Of a stretch of 64,000 nucleotides of DNA, positions 23,123 through 35,400 are shown piece by piece (positions within the stretch are counted from its first letter, which is position 1; the number at the start of each line of letters is the position of its first letter). The stretch comes from Dudresnaya verticillata (Eukaryota): contig OZ374558.1 in assembly GCA_977862235.1 (NCBI GenBank), positions 2,108,001 through 2,172,000 of the forward strand, in the 5' to 3' direction. Made by a program: the position numbers and the translations under genes. The notes under the pieces are model-generated. The model was not told the DNA's origin and ran no database searches. It saw nothing but the letters and a program-made list of their open reading frames with translations.

Positions 23123-23609
23123 CTGTTTCCGGGTCCGATTCTTTCCAAGTCGCAAATAGAAATGGACATGAAAGCGTTTTCAATCCAACGGGTGCAGCAA
23201 TTTGTTCTGGAATCTTCCAATGTAATAGGAAGTATGAATTGCAACGTCCAAATACTTTCTGTCTAAAATGGGATATGGAGAGACAACGATGAGCCCCTTT
23301 ATTGAGAAGCAGTGGGGCTGGAGTAGCCCAGCTAGTAAAGGTCGTATTGCTCCTCCTCCTCCTAATTTGGCAATATCCCTGTTTTGAGGACAAAGTTCAT
23401 GACTTTGAGTCAAGGTATCATCCCAATACTCCCCACTGCTTGTTCTTTCCTGTTTGGTTTTAATCTTGGCAGTATCGTTCTTCAGCTACCTTTGGTACTT
23501 TGTTTATTTCGGAACCGTCACTTTGCATGCAAAGAGTGACGATATTTGTTTGGCAACAGTTGCGAAGTGCTATCAACAAGATTCTATTACAACATAGATG
23601 CGAAGCGCA

Positions 23610-23660
23610 TGTTTCGGGTGTAACAATGTTCCGGTTGTAACAGTGTTCCGGGTGTAACAG
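23610..23660 (+). repeat. 17-bp tandem repeat x3
   Basis: tgtttcgggtgtaacaa / tgttccggttgtaacag / tgttccgggtgtaacag. Confidence 0.85.
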
Positions 23661-23802
23661 GCTTCCCAATATGCGTGGTGGAATACACAAACAAAGCTAT
23701 GACAGGCAAGCAGATGCAAGACTCAAGTAAGGTCTGGGCTTTTGATAGTTTTACAACATGTCTGTGGAGAGCAAGCTCGCGAGCCGCGGCATGGGCACAT
23801 GC

Positions 23803-24726
23803 TTACTCATCGAGTTGAACACGTCGAAATATCTGCCTCATCTCTTGATAATCAGGATTCTCATTTTCACTGAGTTCCATGATTGAGTCATAGGCTACAC
23901 CAAACGCTCGAGGAAGAATCCCATCAAAGGCACGCAACCCATCACGGCGAAGTCTCTCTTTCTGAAAACGAATGTAAGTGTTAGCGTTTTCATACCCTTC
24001 AAAGAAAGTCCAAGGAAGAGAGCCGACGGCAAGGAAGACAAGTGAGTACATCATACACTCCAAATCGTCACGCCGAGAAATAGGATTCCCGCAGTGCATG
24101 GCAATGGAACAAAACTGAGGCGTGCTAGCTGTGGTGTACTCACTGGCCCAGGGAATATGACGAGTAATCGCACGCCTGCGGCGTGAACTCGACTCGCGAT
24201 ACTTGCGGGATAGCTCGAAATCCAACAGGAACACGGTTTCAATGCCATGCTGCTTGCGAGGAAAAATGCAATCCGGAACGATGTTGCCATGAAGCAATCC
24301 TATAGCGTGAAGACGCTCCAGAGCATGAAGCACTTGAACACCAATCGATGCGACTTTGGAAACCGAGACTCGCCCCATTACATCGATTGCAATCTCCAAA
24401 GAAGGCACGTGGTATTCCATCACCATGAAGTTGTATCTCTTTCCGGAAAACGTGTCGTTCGTTTCTGAGTCTACCCACAGCACGCCGAATTTGTGCATCC
24501 AAGTAAACCCGGTTCGCGGGGATTCGCGGTACTGCTGGAGGCTTTTGTAGACGCTGCGCTCCAGTCCCAGTCCAGAGCGGCCCGACGCAGACCCTGGAGA
24601 TATCTCCCCAATCTTGATCACGAAATCAACGCTGTTCTCCATGTCGTGCGCAATGTAAACATTGGTGGATATCAGGACTTCTAGCTTGTATCGATCGCAA
24701 ATGATAACACCACCGAAGCTCGCCAT
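23803..24726 (-). CDS. Casein kinase 1-like protein with degenerate motifs (probable pseudokinase)
   Basis: YNFMVMEY, LLDFELSRKY, TPQFCSIAMHCG..ISRRDDLE, GSLPW, PDYQEMRQIF; no Gly-rich loop; HGNIVP replaces HRDIKP; first ATG at 24726. Confidence 0.8.
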   Translation of the reverse strand: MASFGGVIICDRYKLEVLISTNVYIAHDMENSVDFVIKIGEISPGSASGRSGLGLERSVYKSLQQYRESPRTGFTWMHKFGVLWVDSETNDTFSGKRYNFMVMEYHVPSLEIAIDVMGRVSVSKVASIGVQVLHALERLHAIGLLHGNIVPDCIFPRKQHGIETVFLLDFELSRKYRESSSRRRRAITRHIPWASEYTTASTPQFCSIAMHCGNPISRRDDLECMMYSLVFLAVGSLPWTFFEGYENANTYIRFQKERLRRDGLRAFDGILPRAFGVAYDSIMELSENENPDYQEMRQIFRRVQLDE

Positions 24727-25164
24727 TTCGCAACTGCAGCAGTACCCCAACAAGGAGGATGTGGCATAGAAGTTTTGTTAGCAGTACTCGAGCAGGTCAC
24801 CTGTGAAGAAGCTCTAACAGCCTTGGAGATGCTGAGAGGTATGAAAGAGAGTGCTACACGAACCTTGGTCCTCCAACAGATCTTGTGTTTGAGTTGTCGA
24901 CTTCCGGCTCGTGGGCGCAGCCTAGCGAAAGTTGCGAAGGCCGTCACCGAACACCGAAACAAGGTCGTCGCAGGCGATTTCCGGTAGTCGGGTGCGAACC
25001 ACACGGGAAGCAATGTCCGAGTCTGCGTCCCAAGGGTTAGCGCGATTCGATCGGCGCTCCTCCGGTGCAACATTTTCGGACATGTGGTAGCATGAAATTC
25101 GAGAAAAAACACGCTTTCCCACTGGAACGTCTGTAAGCTGACATTCTTACAGTACACTGTTTCG

Positions 25165-26640
25165 GTGTCTCATGCTTCGGATGCTCGCGTCCACTCGGCA
25201 AAGCTGCAAGCACCTCTTGCGCGACCTACCTTGGAGCTGAACTCACGACCACGGGAATTGGCTCCGCCTCGACTGTCGTTCGTACCACGGGAATTGGCTC
25301 CGCCTCGACTGTCGCTCGTACCCGGAAGGCGAAGAGGCTCCTGGCAACCTCAAGCGTCTCCGCCACGTATCCTCTTCGATGCCAGTAGCCGCCGCCAGGT
25401 CGATTTTTCGCATGTTCTTGCGACCCGTCTACGAGTATGCCCTCGCCGTCTCTCCACTCGACGCCCTCACCCTACAACACATCGGGGACGCTGAATCTTG
25501 CAACCCCCGCACTGTCATAGTGTATATTTGTGGCTGTTATGGCCCAACTGCTTCAAGCTCTCATTATGAACAACATTAACAGGAACGGTCAAAGTACCAT
25601 GGAACGGTTCATTCTTTATTGTTTTCCGTTCTGCTCTTCAAGCACTGTGGCAACAGAACAGTCACTGTGCTGTGAAACGGTTTACCCTTTATTATCTACC
25701 GTTAATAATCTTCAAGCACTCTGTCAATAGAAACAGTCTTCTGCCTGTGCACTGGTTGCGTAATGAAAGCATTGTATTGCTTCAAGAATTTGTAGAGTTC
25801 TAGCTCTATTCAAACAGTACTCTATCTACAAATTACCGTTCGTAGAAGTAGATGCATAGGATTAAGCTCGTGTCTCTAGTGACACAGCGGAGCTCGAACT
25901 CTATAAGTAGGGCAACATTCTATCATCATGTCTGAATCACGGCATCACATGATCAACCAACTCAACAATTGACACAATACGAACTTTTAAAGCTTTCCCT
26001 CCGCACCTTTTCCCTATCCTTTACCTTGTTCCTCCCTCATCTTTTCAACATAGGGCAACGGTCCGTGTCCATGCCGCGGCGTCGTTTTTCGAAGCTGCGT
26101 GCCCTGTTCCGCATCGTCCACCCCGCCGACAGACGGTCCGACCTACAGAGCATGTTGGTACTGCGCCTACGCCGGCTCTCATCTTCCCGCTCCCCTAAGC
26201 TCTCCTGGGCTGCCCGCACGACCCTAGATGCCCTCTCGCGCTCGCCTGACCACTCGCTTCGTAGCGCTGTTGCCTGCCCCAAGCCCGCAGCTGAGCGGCA
26301 CGCCCTGCACCTGCTACGCTGGCGCCTTGACCTCCAAGGGCGACGATCTGCTCCTGTTTATACGTCTGATCGCCTTGCTCCCGCTCTGGAACTACCTGTG
26401 TCCGCTCACCGCCATCTCGCAGTCCGCTGGCATCTGGGTACATTCCCGATCCCACCCCCCGATCCCGCTCTCGCCGCAGGCGTCCGAATCGCTTCCACAA
26501 CACTGGCATTGCTGGGCCAGCCTGCCCCCACCTCGGCCACGCTACGTGACGTCTCCCAGAGCATTCAAGACATTCGCCGCGTTGGCTTTCAACGCAGTCA
26601 GCCTCCCGACTCCGCCCCTTCAACCCAATATCACGCATTG
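25165..26640 (+). pseudogene. Decayed LINE-like post-RT region interrupted by a ~540-bp AT-rich insert (~25500-26040)
   Basis: RSIFRMFLRPVYEYAL upstream; FSKLRALFRI...HRHLAVRWHLGTFP downstream; compositional step; 36-bp tandem duplication at ~25248-25320. Confidence 0.45.
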
Positions 26641-27010
26641 AAGATATACAGTCGTTGTTCCTCCTTCCCACGCGATAGTGTGCTGGCTCATAGGCCTTTT
26701 GTTGCCGATGCCGGTGCACTCAAAACCGTCCTATAAAGTTTAATATCATTTCGCAGCGCACGAACAGCTCGAGCCGGCACCGCCGATGGCCACCACAATT
26801 GCAACGCGGGAGCTCTCGCCACGATAGATACGAAGCCGCTCCGAACGTCAGGCACTGCCGTTCAGCATGCGCGCCAACATTCAACAAGGAAACCCCGTTT
26901 GGTTTCCCCAGGAGGCGCCAAACGAAGACGCCCCCGAAACGCGGTTTGCGCCGCGGGTCCTACAATTATCGCACCACACGAGGCAGCATGCGCCAGGACG
27001 CAGCCGATAT

Positions 27011-28104
27011 AGCCCGACTTAATGATGTAACCACGTTCTTGAATTCTTTCCATGCTACTCCTCATGACTCAAGGTCTCCCGGGTCTGTGCATCATGAGCT
27101 TTTTTCTTCTATTAATGCCGTCGTTTTGGCCTCTGTGACCCCGTCATCCAACTCTAGTGATGATCTTCGCTGTCGTCTTCGTCTGCAATCTACCTGCACG
27201 GCCAGTTCTGTGCGCGCATTTGCCGCTGTACCTTCTTCCTTCCACGGTACTCGGGTCGAACCTGAAGTTTGGATATCGATGATCCAGCTACGACTTGGAC
27301 TTCTCATCTTCAGTGGAGATGACCCATGCCCCCGTTGTGTTGATGGTACCGCTTCTGTTCCCCCTCTTCTTGATGTTTATGGGCATCACACTACGGTCTG
27401 CTCTTCTCGTGAGGGCACGATTCGCCGTCATGATCATCTTCGGGATCGCTTAAGCGTCTTATTTCAGACTATCGCCCGCCCCCATGGCGTGCGCGTTGAA
27501 GTTGAGAATCGTTTCACTTATTCGGATGAGCATGGGCCCCGTAGCTCTGTCCCCAACGCTGCCCGAACACGTGCTGAACGCATACGTGACGAGCGTCATG
27601 CTGCTTCTGGTGGTCCCCCACAGCCTGTTGATCCACGTGACCAACTGCGTATGGATATTTTCGTTGATGATCGTGGCTTTGCCCCTCACCCCCATGGATT
27701 TGATGTCTCGGTCGTCAGTCCCCATTCTATTCATGGTTCCACTGGTCGCGTTGCTGGCCAAGCCATTGCAGCTCGCGAACGTGTCAAACGCTCTCATTAC
27801 CGCCGCGTATGCGCTAGTTTGGATATGGCTCTCCATCCTATGGTTGTAGATGTCTATGGCCGTGTTGGATCTGGCTTTGAAGTTGGCGCCCAACGTATTG
27901 CTAATTTCATTGCCAGCAAGCGCGGGACCTCTCCGTCTACGGAGAAACTTCGCCTCACTACTCGTTTACTCTCTTTAGTTCTCCAATGCGTCGCGGTGGG
28001 TGTCAACCGCCGCAAGCTTGCTCCTCCGCCTCTTTATGGTAGCTCTGAATCCTAAGCCCCCTTAAGGGGCTTCTCTCTTGTTCTTCAATAAAGGTCTCTC
28101 TCTC
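27011..28104 (+). mobile_element. 5'-truncated CRE-like copy (subfamily A), 1.1 kb
   Basis: Nearly identical to the last ~347 codons of ORF2 (ARLNDVTTF...LYGSSES), then the 3' hairpin, AATAAAGGTCTC and TC tail. Confidence 0.97.
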
Positions 28105-28194
28105 CTATAACTGTGTCTCACTTCGTCTCCAACACCACATCCCGCCTCCACCCCTCGCATAACATATCCTCGTCATCCTCCCCGAATACCCCAT

Positions 28195-28695
28195 ATGCTC
28201 GGTTGAGCATTGGAAGCTGTACCGTATGCATAGCAGCTAGCCGCAGTGAGGGATATCCAATTTTCTTATACTGTATGGGTTCACTGTGCATGACGCCATC
28301 TATAGCTGGAAGCTTCTCAAGGATATAGAGTATTGTTGTAATGAATCTCGGGATCGGAGCGGTCACGGCGGGATCCTTGTGATTTACCAGAGGGATACGG
28401 CGATTGGCAGCTCTTCTCAAGAGCTCTCTTCGCGTTTCTCCACAATCCTTACCTCCCGTCCATTCTCCAACGGCGTCCGGAATCTGACAACTACCCGGTG
28501 CAAGCGAAAGAGTCTTTCCGTGACTCAGACCCTCTCCGGGATTTATAACTGCTTGTATACATGCACATTTGGCAAGCAGTCAGCACTGATCACGGCGGCG
28601 TGTAAATGGGGTAAACGTCACTTTACGAAGAGGAGGAGACCTTTATTAAAGAACAAGAGAGAAGCCGAAAGCGATTTTTGTATATGAGAGAGAGA
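28195..28695. repeat. Diverged copy of the distal ~0.5 kb of the tandem-array unit
   Basis: Homologous to ~40205-40690, with divergence increasing leftwards. Confidence 0.9.
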
Positions 28696-30054
28696 TGGAG
28701 ACCTTTATGCATAGGAAAGACTACAGCCCCGTAAGGGGGCTTATCTAAAACTCATCTGAAAGGCGACGGTCGAAGAGTAAACGGCGGTTAACAGCCACCG
28801 CGACAGATTGAAGTACAAGAGAGGTGAGGTGGGTGAGAAGAGATAGTTTCTCAGATATCGGCGAAGTGCCCTTCATAGCAGCTAGGAAATTCGCCACACG
28901 CTGAGCGCCTCGACCGAACCCAGAACCAATGGCACCATAGATGTCCATCACCATAGGATGGAGTTCTATCCGGTTGGTAGAACATAAGCGACGATAATGA
29001 CGGGCTTTAGCTTGCTCGCGGCGGTGAATAGCTTGATGTTGAGAGCGAGGCGTTTTGGACAGTGTATTTGGATGGTGTCGTGTCACCACGGAGACGTCAA
29101 ATGCTTGCGGGAGGGGAGCAAACGCAGGGTCATCAACATAGAGATCCATACGAAGATGGTCACGTCGGTCTTCTTCGAAACGGTCTTCAGTACGTTGTAA
29201 TTGACGGGCATCGCGACGCCTTTCTGAAGCAGTGCGTGCAGAAGACGCCATAACTCGGGAATCCCCAGTCTCCTCTAGGTAGGAAAAGTTGCGTTCAAGC
29301 TGAACAGTAACGCCATGGTTCCGAGCAGTATTACGAAAGAAAGCCCCAAGTTGATTTCGGAGGGTACTATGGCGGCGAATGCTGCCAGTTCCCGATCGAC
29401 AGATTGTGGCATGGTGTCCAAAGATATCAAGGAGTGGAACTTCAGCGGATGTGCCATGGAGACAAGCAGGACAAGGGCGATCACCACGGAAGATCGCCAC
29501 ACCCAGTCTGAGTTTGAGCATGGTGAGCCATATGTCGGGTTGCACGCGGGTAGAAGAAGATGCATATGGGAGGGCACTGAAAGGGCGGCTACAGTTGACA
29601 GTAGAGGTAGATTGAATCCGTACTCGGGCACGAGAGCTATGCTGAGTAGTCATCTGGGACATGAGGTCGTGTCGCAATTTTCGTTGAATATAGGGAAGAA
29701 GATCTTGGGACAATGCGGGAACGACACCATGTCCTATGGAAGATGCGGCCGACAAGATAGAAGAAACACTGCATTTTTCACGATCTTCACGAAGTAGTTG
29801 CTGTTCGCGAATGTTATGAAGAGACGGGGCGAGGAAATGGTGCAAAGTAGGAGAATCAAAAGGTACCAGGCATCGAATCCAGGCGAGAGAGGGCAGGACG
29901 GAGGTGATATAGCTGCAGTGGGCAATGTGACGGGCATTTGTAATACCTAGTCCACCGTGTCGCATGGGAAGCGAAACCATATCCCAGGATTCATCCGACA
30001 GTGGAAAGTGTGTGTGTTCAAACACTCCACGCATGCCACAGTCATGTGTTAATG
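28696..30054 (-). mobile_element. 5'-truncated CRE-like copy, subfamily B, with open 429-aa frame
   Basis: ORF 28745..30034: LPMRHGGLG, CPAC...DIFGHHATIC, RRHSTLRN, RMDLYVDD...AFDVSV...EQAKARHY; flanked by ATATGAGAGAGAGA at 28682 and 30055; empty site at 40677. Confidence 0.93.
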
Positions 30055-30058
30055 ATAT

Positions 30059-30194
30059 GAGAGAGAGAGACCTTTATTAAAGAACAAGAGAGAGAAGCCC
30101 CTTAAGGGGGATTAGGATACAGAGCTGAGCTACCGTAAAGAGGCGGAGGAGCAAGCTTGCGGCAGTTGACACTCACCGCGACGCATTGGAGAAC
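30059..30194 (-). mobile_element. ~135-bp CRE-like 3' stub (also at ~40681, ~51465, ~62250)
   Basis: VLQCVAVSVNCRKLAPPPLYGSS plus hairpin, AATAAAGGTC and (TC)n. Confidence 0.9.
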
Positions 30195-31707
30195 ATTTGT
30201 ATATGGAGAAAATAAGCGAACGTAGAAACCAAGCTTCCCCGACCTGGCAGCGACCACATAAAAGTGAGCGCTCTGCGCAGTTGTGCAGGATGTAATGCTA
30301 GAGCCGCTGGCTTCGCAGGGACGCAATATGGAGGTGCAAAGCACTTGGGATTGAGAAATATACCGTGAGGCGTGCTGAGGCGTGCTGAGGCGCGCAGAGA
30401 TGCGCTGAGCGACGGAGGCGGTTCGGAAGACGACGTGCTTCGAACTTGAGCCAATCAGACGGTGCAGATCTTCCTGTTAAGACACCTGTCGCACAATATG
30501 TCCAACCAAATGTGCCCATTGCGGGACGGCGCATGTGCTCCGCTTGACACCGCTGCCGGCGGAAAATGCACCGCCGCGGGAGAAGAAGAAACAGACAGAA
30601 AAGAACGGCCGAGGCGCCGGCGACAAAAGCAACTTGCGCGCCCTGTGTCGCTGTGAGGAAATGCACCACGTTTGCGTTTATTTCTCAACCGCTCCGTGTC
30701 CGCTGTGCTGCAGTCGCTCAAACGCGTCACACCTGCCGCCGTCCCACTCTATGCAGCAACACCGAATCCCGATTCCGGCACCCCACGCCAGTGTGCTGAA
30801 CCGAGAAAGCCCTCAACACATCCGCGCGCATCCGCTCATCCGATCCTCGCGCATCGGCGCTATGTTCGCCCACCCGCGGCATGCGCTGCTCACTCGGCCG
30901 ATCGCCCCTCCAGCACTTGACGCCAATTCAACCACCGAGCGCGCACCGCCCTCTGCAGTTCCCACCTCACTGCTCTTCTTTCCTGCCCCGCCCAACCCCA
31001 CTGAGGCCGGGGCTTAAGGCGCAGCAGCGGTGTTTCCCGCCCAGCGCACGATACCCCAACGGATCTACGGGCTCGAACCACACATCTTGCGACACCTTCC
31101 CATCAGGAAGCCAACGCCTTCTTCAAAATATTCGTCTCGACGCAGAACCAGGATGTATCTTTGCGAACAATGTCCCCGACCGCATTGATTCTGCAGCGCG
31201 ATTGGAATCGGCACCAGATCGTGAGCAGCTGCCTTCCTCTCTCCGTGCCGGATCGATGAAGAAGTCCCTCCCTCTACGCAGGAGGGGCGCCAGGATCACA
31301 CTTTGTGGAATGCGCATTTCGGCCATATCGAAACGCATCTTTCCTGGGAGGTGGTCTTCGAGATAGTGGTGATACTGGAGCTTGTCCTGCGCTAGCTCCG
31401 TCTGACCTGCTTCGAGAAACGGCGGGAGAAGTATAGCTGTTAGCGTCCTTTTGTCCGGATTTGGAGCGTCGGTCATGATGAACAAGGTTTGGTGCATCTC
31501 GGCGACCAGGTTGCGCGGATCCAAGAAGTTCGATTTTGTTCGGTCCAATTCTGTCGATAGACGGCTGTGTTTGGTGGGGTGATCTTCATCGGTCATCTTG
31601 GTTGTTGGGCAGTGGGAGGTGCGTGCCTGTACTTCTATCCCGCGTGCGCAGTAACAGGCGAGCATTAACTTCGTTACCATACGCCTTGGAGCATAAACCC
31701 AAGCACA

Positions 31708-31959
31708 TCATTGACAAGACGCGCTCTCTTCGGTATTATCGTCATCGAAACGCCAGATGGTCACGTCAAGATCCATGATCTCAGACTTCCTGGACTCTTC
31801 GCAGTAGAAAAACAAAAACTGATTCGTCATGTAGGCAAATATCGAGAAGAGTGTTGCACGGTAGAACCACTTATGCTTAACACAATAAACCCTGACTATG
31901 TCTTTCTTGAGAGGCCTTCGTACGCCGCACAACCAGTGTGTCTCGCCACTTTGCGACAT
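31708..31959 (-). pseudogene. Paralogue of the Tudor-like ORF; disrupted by the CRE-like insertion in units 2 and 3
   Basis: VRVYCVKHKWFYRATLFS...FLFFYCEESRKSEIMDLDVTIWRF; no clear ATG; empty CRE target TCGAGAAGAG at 31842-31851. Confidence 0.45.
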
Positions 31960-32211
31960 GCGGCGCCGAGCCGGTCAACGAGGGAAGGAATGCACCAGTC
32001 GTGGAGGCGGCCCCTGTCGCTCCTTCCTGTAGTCCAAGGTGGCACTCTGTACGGGCGGGCCGCAGACCGTTGGGTACACATCACGGGTAAAAGCGAGTAC
32101 CATGAGTTCTGTTCGGTTAACGCTGCTTGCTAGATCGGATGGTAGATATCTAGGGAGGTGGTCTTCGACAGGGAGGTGATAGCGGAGGGTGTCCTGCACG
32201 AGCTCTGTTCA

Positions 32212-32481
32212 TGTTAGATTTGTGTGTTGATGTACCAACCAGTCTGGGCTACTCCCTGTTTCTGGCTGGTCTTTATACGGTAAGCAAAGCCCTACTACTA
32301 CATTTTCGAACCTTTGCTTGCACGGCAGGAGAGTCCTCTACGGGTGATAATTCCGGGGGAGTCTCCTGAAGAGCAGGACCGGAGAGTTTCTGCACTTCTG
32401 TCATTGTCAGGTAAACTGCATTGTTGTGGTGCATGTTGACCGTGATGAGTTCGTGTCACATTGAACATCATTGTGCCAACA
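32212..32481 (-). repeat. Copia 3' LTR
   Basis: tgttagattt...gtgccaaca; 4 mismatches to the other LTR by my count. Confidence 0.97.
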
Positions 32482-32494
32482 TTCCCCCTCGAAC

Positions 32495-35400
32495 TTAACA
32501 GCGGTCGATTGAGATGCCCATCATACTTGTGAACCTTGTATGTTTGAACTTCTGCAAGGCCTTGGTCATAACGTCTGCCACCATATTCTCGGTTGAGATG
32601 TACTGTAGTTCGATAGACGCTTTCTGGATGTGGTCACGAATGAAATGGTACTTGATATCGATGTGTTTCGTGCGTTCGTTGGAGACACTGTTCTTTGCGA
32701 GCGCCATCGAACCTTGATTGTCGGTGTATAATGTGACAGTCTTGTCGGCATCTGCGCGAAACTCCTTGTTTAGTCGTTGCAGCCATAAAGCCTCACGAAC
32801 GGCAAATGAAGTCGCAACATATTCTGCTTCAACACTTGACTGTGCTACTATACTTTGTTTCTTGCTACGCCATGAAATAGCCCCACCGCAACTCAGGAAA
32901 ACAAATCCGCTTGTTGATTTCCTCTCAATGCGATCTCCGGCAAAGTCAGAATCAGTAAATCCATGCAACCCTACGCAATCTTTGCTCCTTGTTACAAAGG
33001 AGATACCATTCTCTTCTGTACCTTTCAGGTAACGAAGGACATACTTGGCGGCATTCCAGTGTACTCTAGAAGGCTTTTGCATAAAACGGGAGAGATATGA
33101 AGTTGCAAACGCGATGTCTGGCCGGGTAGTGTTGGCAAGGTGCAGCAAACCTCCAACCAATTCGCGGAACGGTACCGATGCTGGTTCCCATTCCCCCTCA
33201 TCGGTGACGTTTGGGATTTCCAGAATTGTGCCAGGTGGCAATGGAGTAGTTGTAGACTTGGCATACTGTAATCCGAACTTAGAAACCATCTCGCGGATCA
33301 TGTGTGGACTGGATACCTGAATGCATTGTAGATCACGGTTACGATGAATGATGATACCTAAAAACTTCGTCACACTCTTCTCGACGCGGATATCTACCTT
33401 TTCGGCAATAGATGTAGTTATGTTGCGCATTAATGAGAGGCTGGCACTGACGAGTAGCATATCATCTACGTAGACTAAAACAAACAAACAAATAGAGTCG
33501 AGGATAAGGATGTAGAGGCTAGCGTCAGACTCAGACTGAAAGAAACCCAGGCTCTTAAGAAGTGTATCGATTGTTCGATGCCAGGCACGCGAGGCTTGCT
33601 TCAGACCGTAGAGCGCTTTCAGGAGGCGATAGACAAAATGAGGTTTTTCATTGTTCACGAAACCCTCAGGTTGTTTCATGTAGATGACCTCGTCAAGGTC
33701 GCCGTTGAGAAACGCAGCCTTCACATCCAGTTGCATCATCTGTAAGTCCTCATCCGCTGCCAAGGAGAGAAGGAAACGAAGCGTGGAGTATTTGGCTACA
33801 GGTGCAAATGTTTCTTCGTAGTCAATTCCATACCGCTGTGAAAATCCTTTTGCTACGAGGCGTGCTCGATATCGAGATACCCGGTGGTCAGCGTCTCGCT
33901 TCTTGAAATAAACCCACCTGTTCTGGACGGCCTTGGCATCCGTCGGGAGAGGAACAAGCATCCATGTACTCTTACGCTCGATCTCAGCAATCTCTTCATT
34001 CATAGCCTGAACCCATTGATCCTTTTCAGGGCCGCCTACGGCCTCTTTGTATGTGGTCGGAACCTCGGCTGATTCATTTCCCATTCGTACGTTAAGTGCA
34101 ATTGATGCGATGTCACCGTATCGCGCTGGAGTTGTCGACGCACGATTAGAGCGACGCAATTGCGGGAAGTGGGTAAGTTCTTCAGTATTAACGGAACTAG
34201 GGGAGTTGCTGTCCCTATCCTCTTCGTCTTCGTGATCGGACTGGAGTTCTCCTTCTTCGTCATCGGAGTCGTCCGCGAGATCTGGGAGTGAATTGTCGTC
34301 ATCCTCTGGGTCAGGTAGTTCCATAAAGCTATGTTTGGTTTCCTCTTCTGGCTCTGACACAGCGTCAAGACCTGTGTAGGTCTCATCGCAGCTAACATCG
34401 CGGGAAGTAACAACCTTGCCATCGGTAACGAAGTAGACTTTGTAACTGTTGCCTCTTTCATAACCAACCAGGAGGCCTACCTTGGCCCGTGGTTCGAATT
34501 TGCTTTTCCTGGTTGCTTTGGGAATATGGACATACGCTCGGCAGCCAAACTTGCGGATGTGGGCTAGATTTGGCTTCTTGCCCATAATAACTTCGTACGG
34601 GGTCTGGTTGGACGAATTGCATGAACGGGTATACAGCCGGTTTCGAAGGTAGTTAGCTGTGTTTACAGCTTCAGCCCACAGTGATTCATGGTCAGGAATG
34701 TCTGAAACAGCCATGAGCATTGTTCGAGCCATGTCTAGCAAGGTACGGTTGAGTCCTTCGGCCTTTCCGTTAGACTCCGGAGAGTACGAAGAGGTTAATT
34801 CGTGAACTGTACCTCGATTAGAGAGCCATTTCTTGAACTTGTTGGAGAGGAATTCCCCGCCATTATCAGTACGCATCCTCTTGACACGTACAAATTCGGG
34901 GTCGTAAGCGTCGGCAGTTACACGACGGGCTATTAGTCGTTTGACCTTAGAGCCGAATACAGTTTCCAATTCCACTAGCATCTCTTTTAGTGGTTTGCTG
35001 GCATCTCCCTTCCCGGAGATGAAACGTACGAGAGACAAGGAACTGTGGTCATCGAGTAGAGTCACGAAATGCCGTGCACCCTTGATGGATCGGCGACGAG
35101 AGGGGCCAACTAAATCAGAGTGGACAAGATGTAACGGTTGTGTAGACTTCTGTTCTTCATCTGTGGCCTCAAAACGTACTTTGCGAGTCGACTTTCCCTT
35201 GAGACAGCTATCGCACTTTGATGGAAACTTGCACTGAGATATGTCAAGACCATTGACTAGTGGAAGAGAATGCTGAATTGTTTCAGGACTAACGTGTCCC
35301 AGCCGTTCATGCCATAGCTTCTGTTTGGCTTCGACGGAAATGGCAGCAGTGTGAGTGTCAGCTTCCACCTTTGTTGGATTCATGGTGACTCGATACAGTC

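Noticed and set aside
26799..28055. 418-aa domesticated endonuclease gene
   Set aside because: Truncated young element that happens to be in frame with flanking DNA; near identical to the full-length copies
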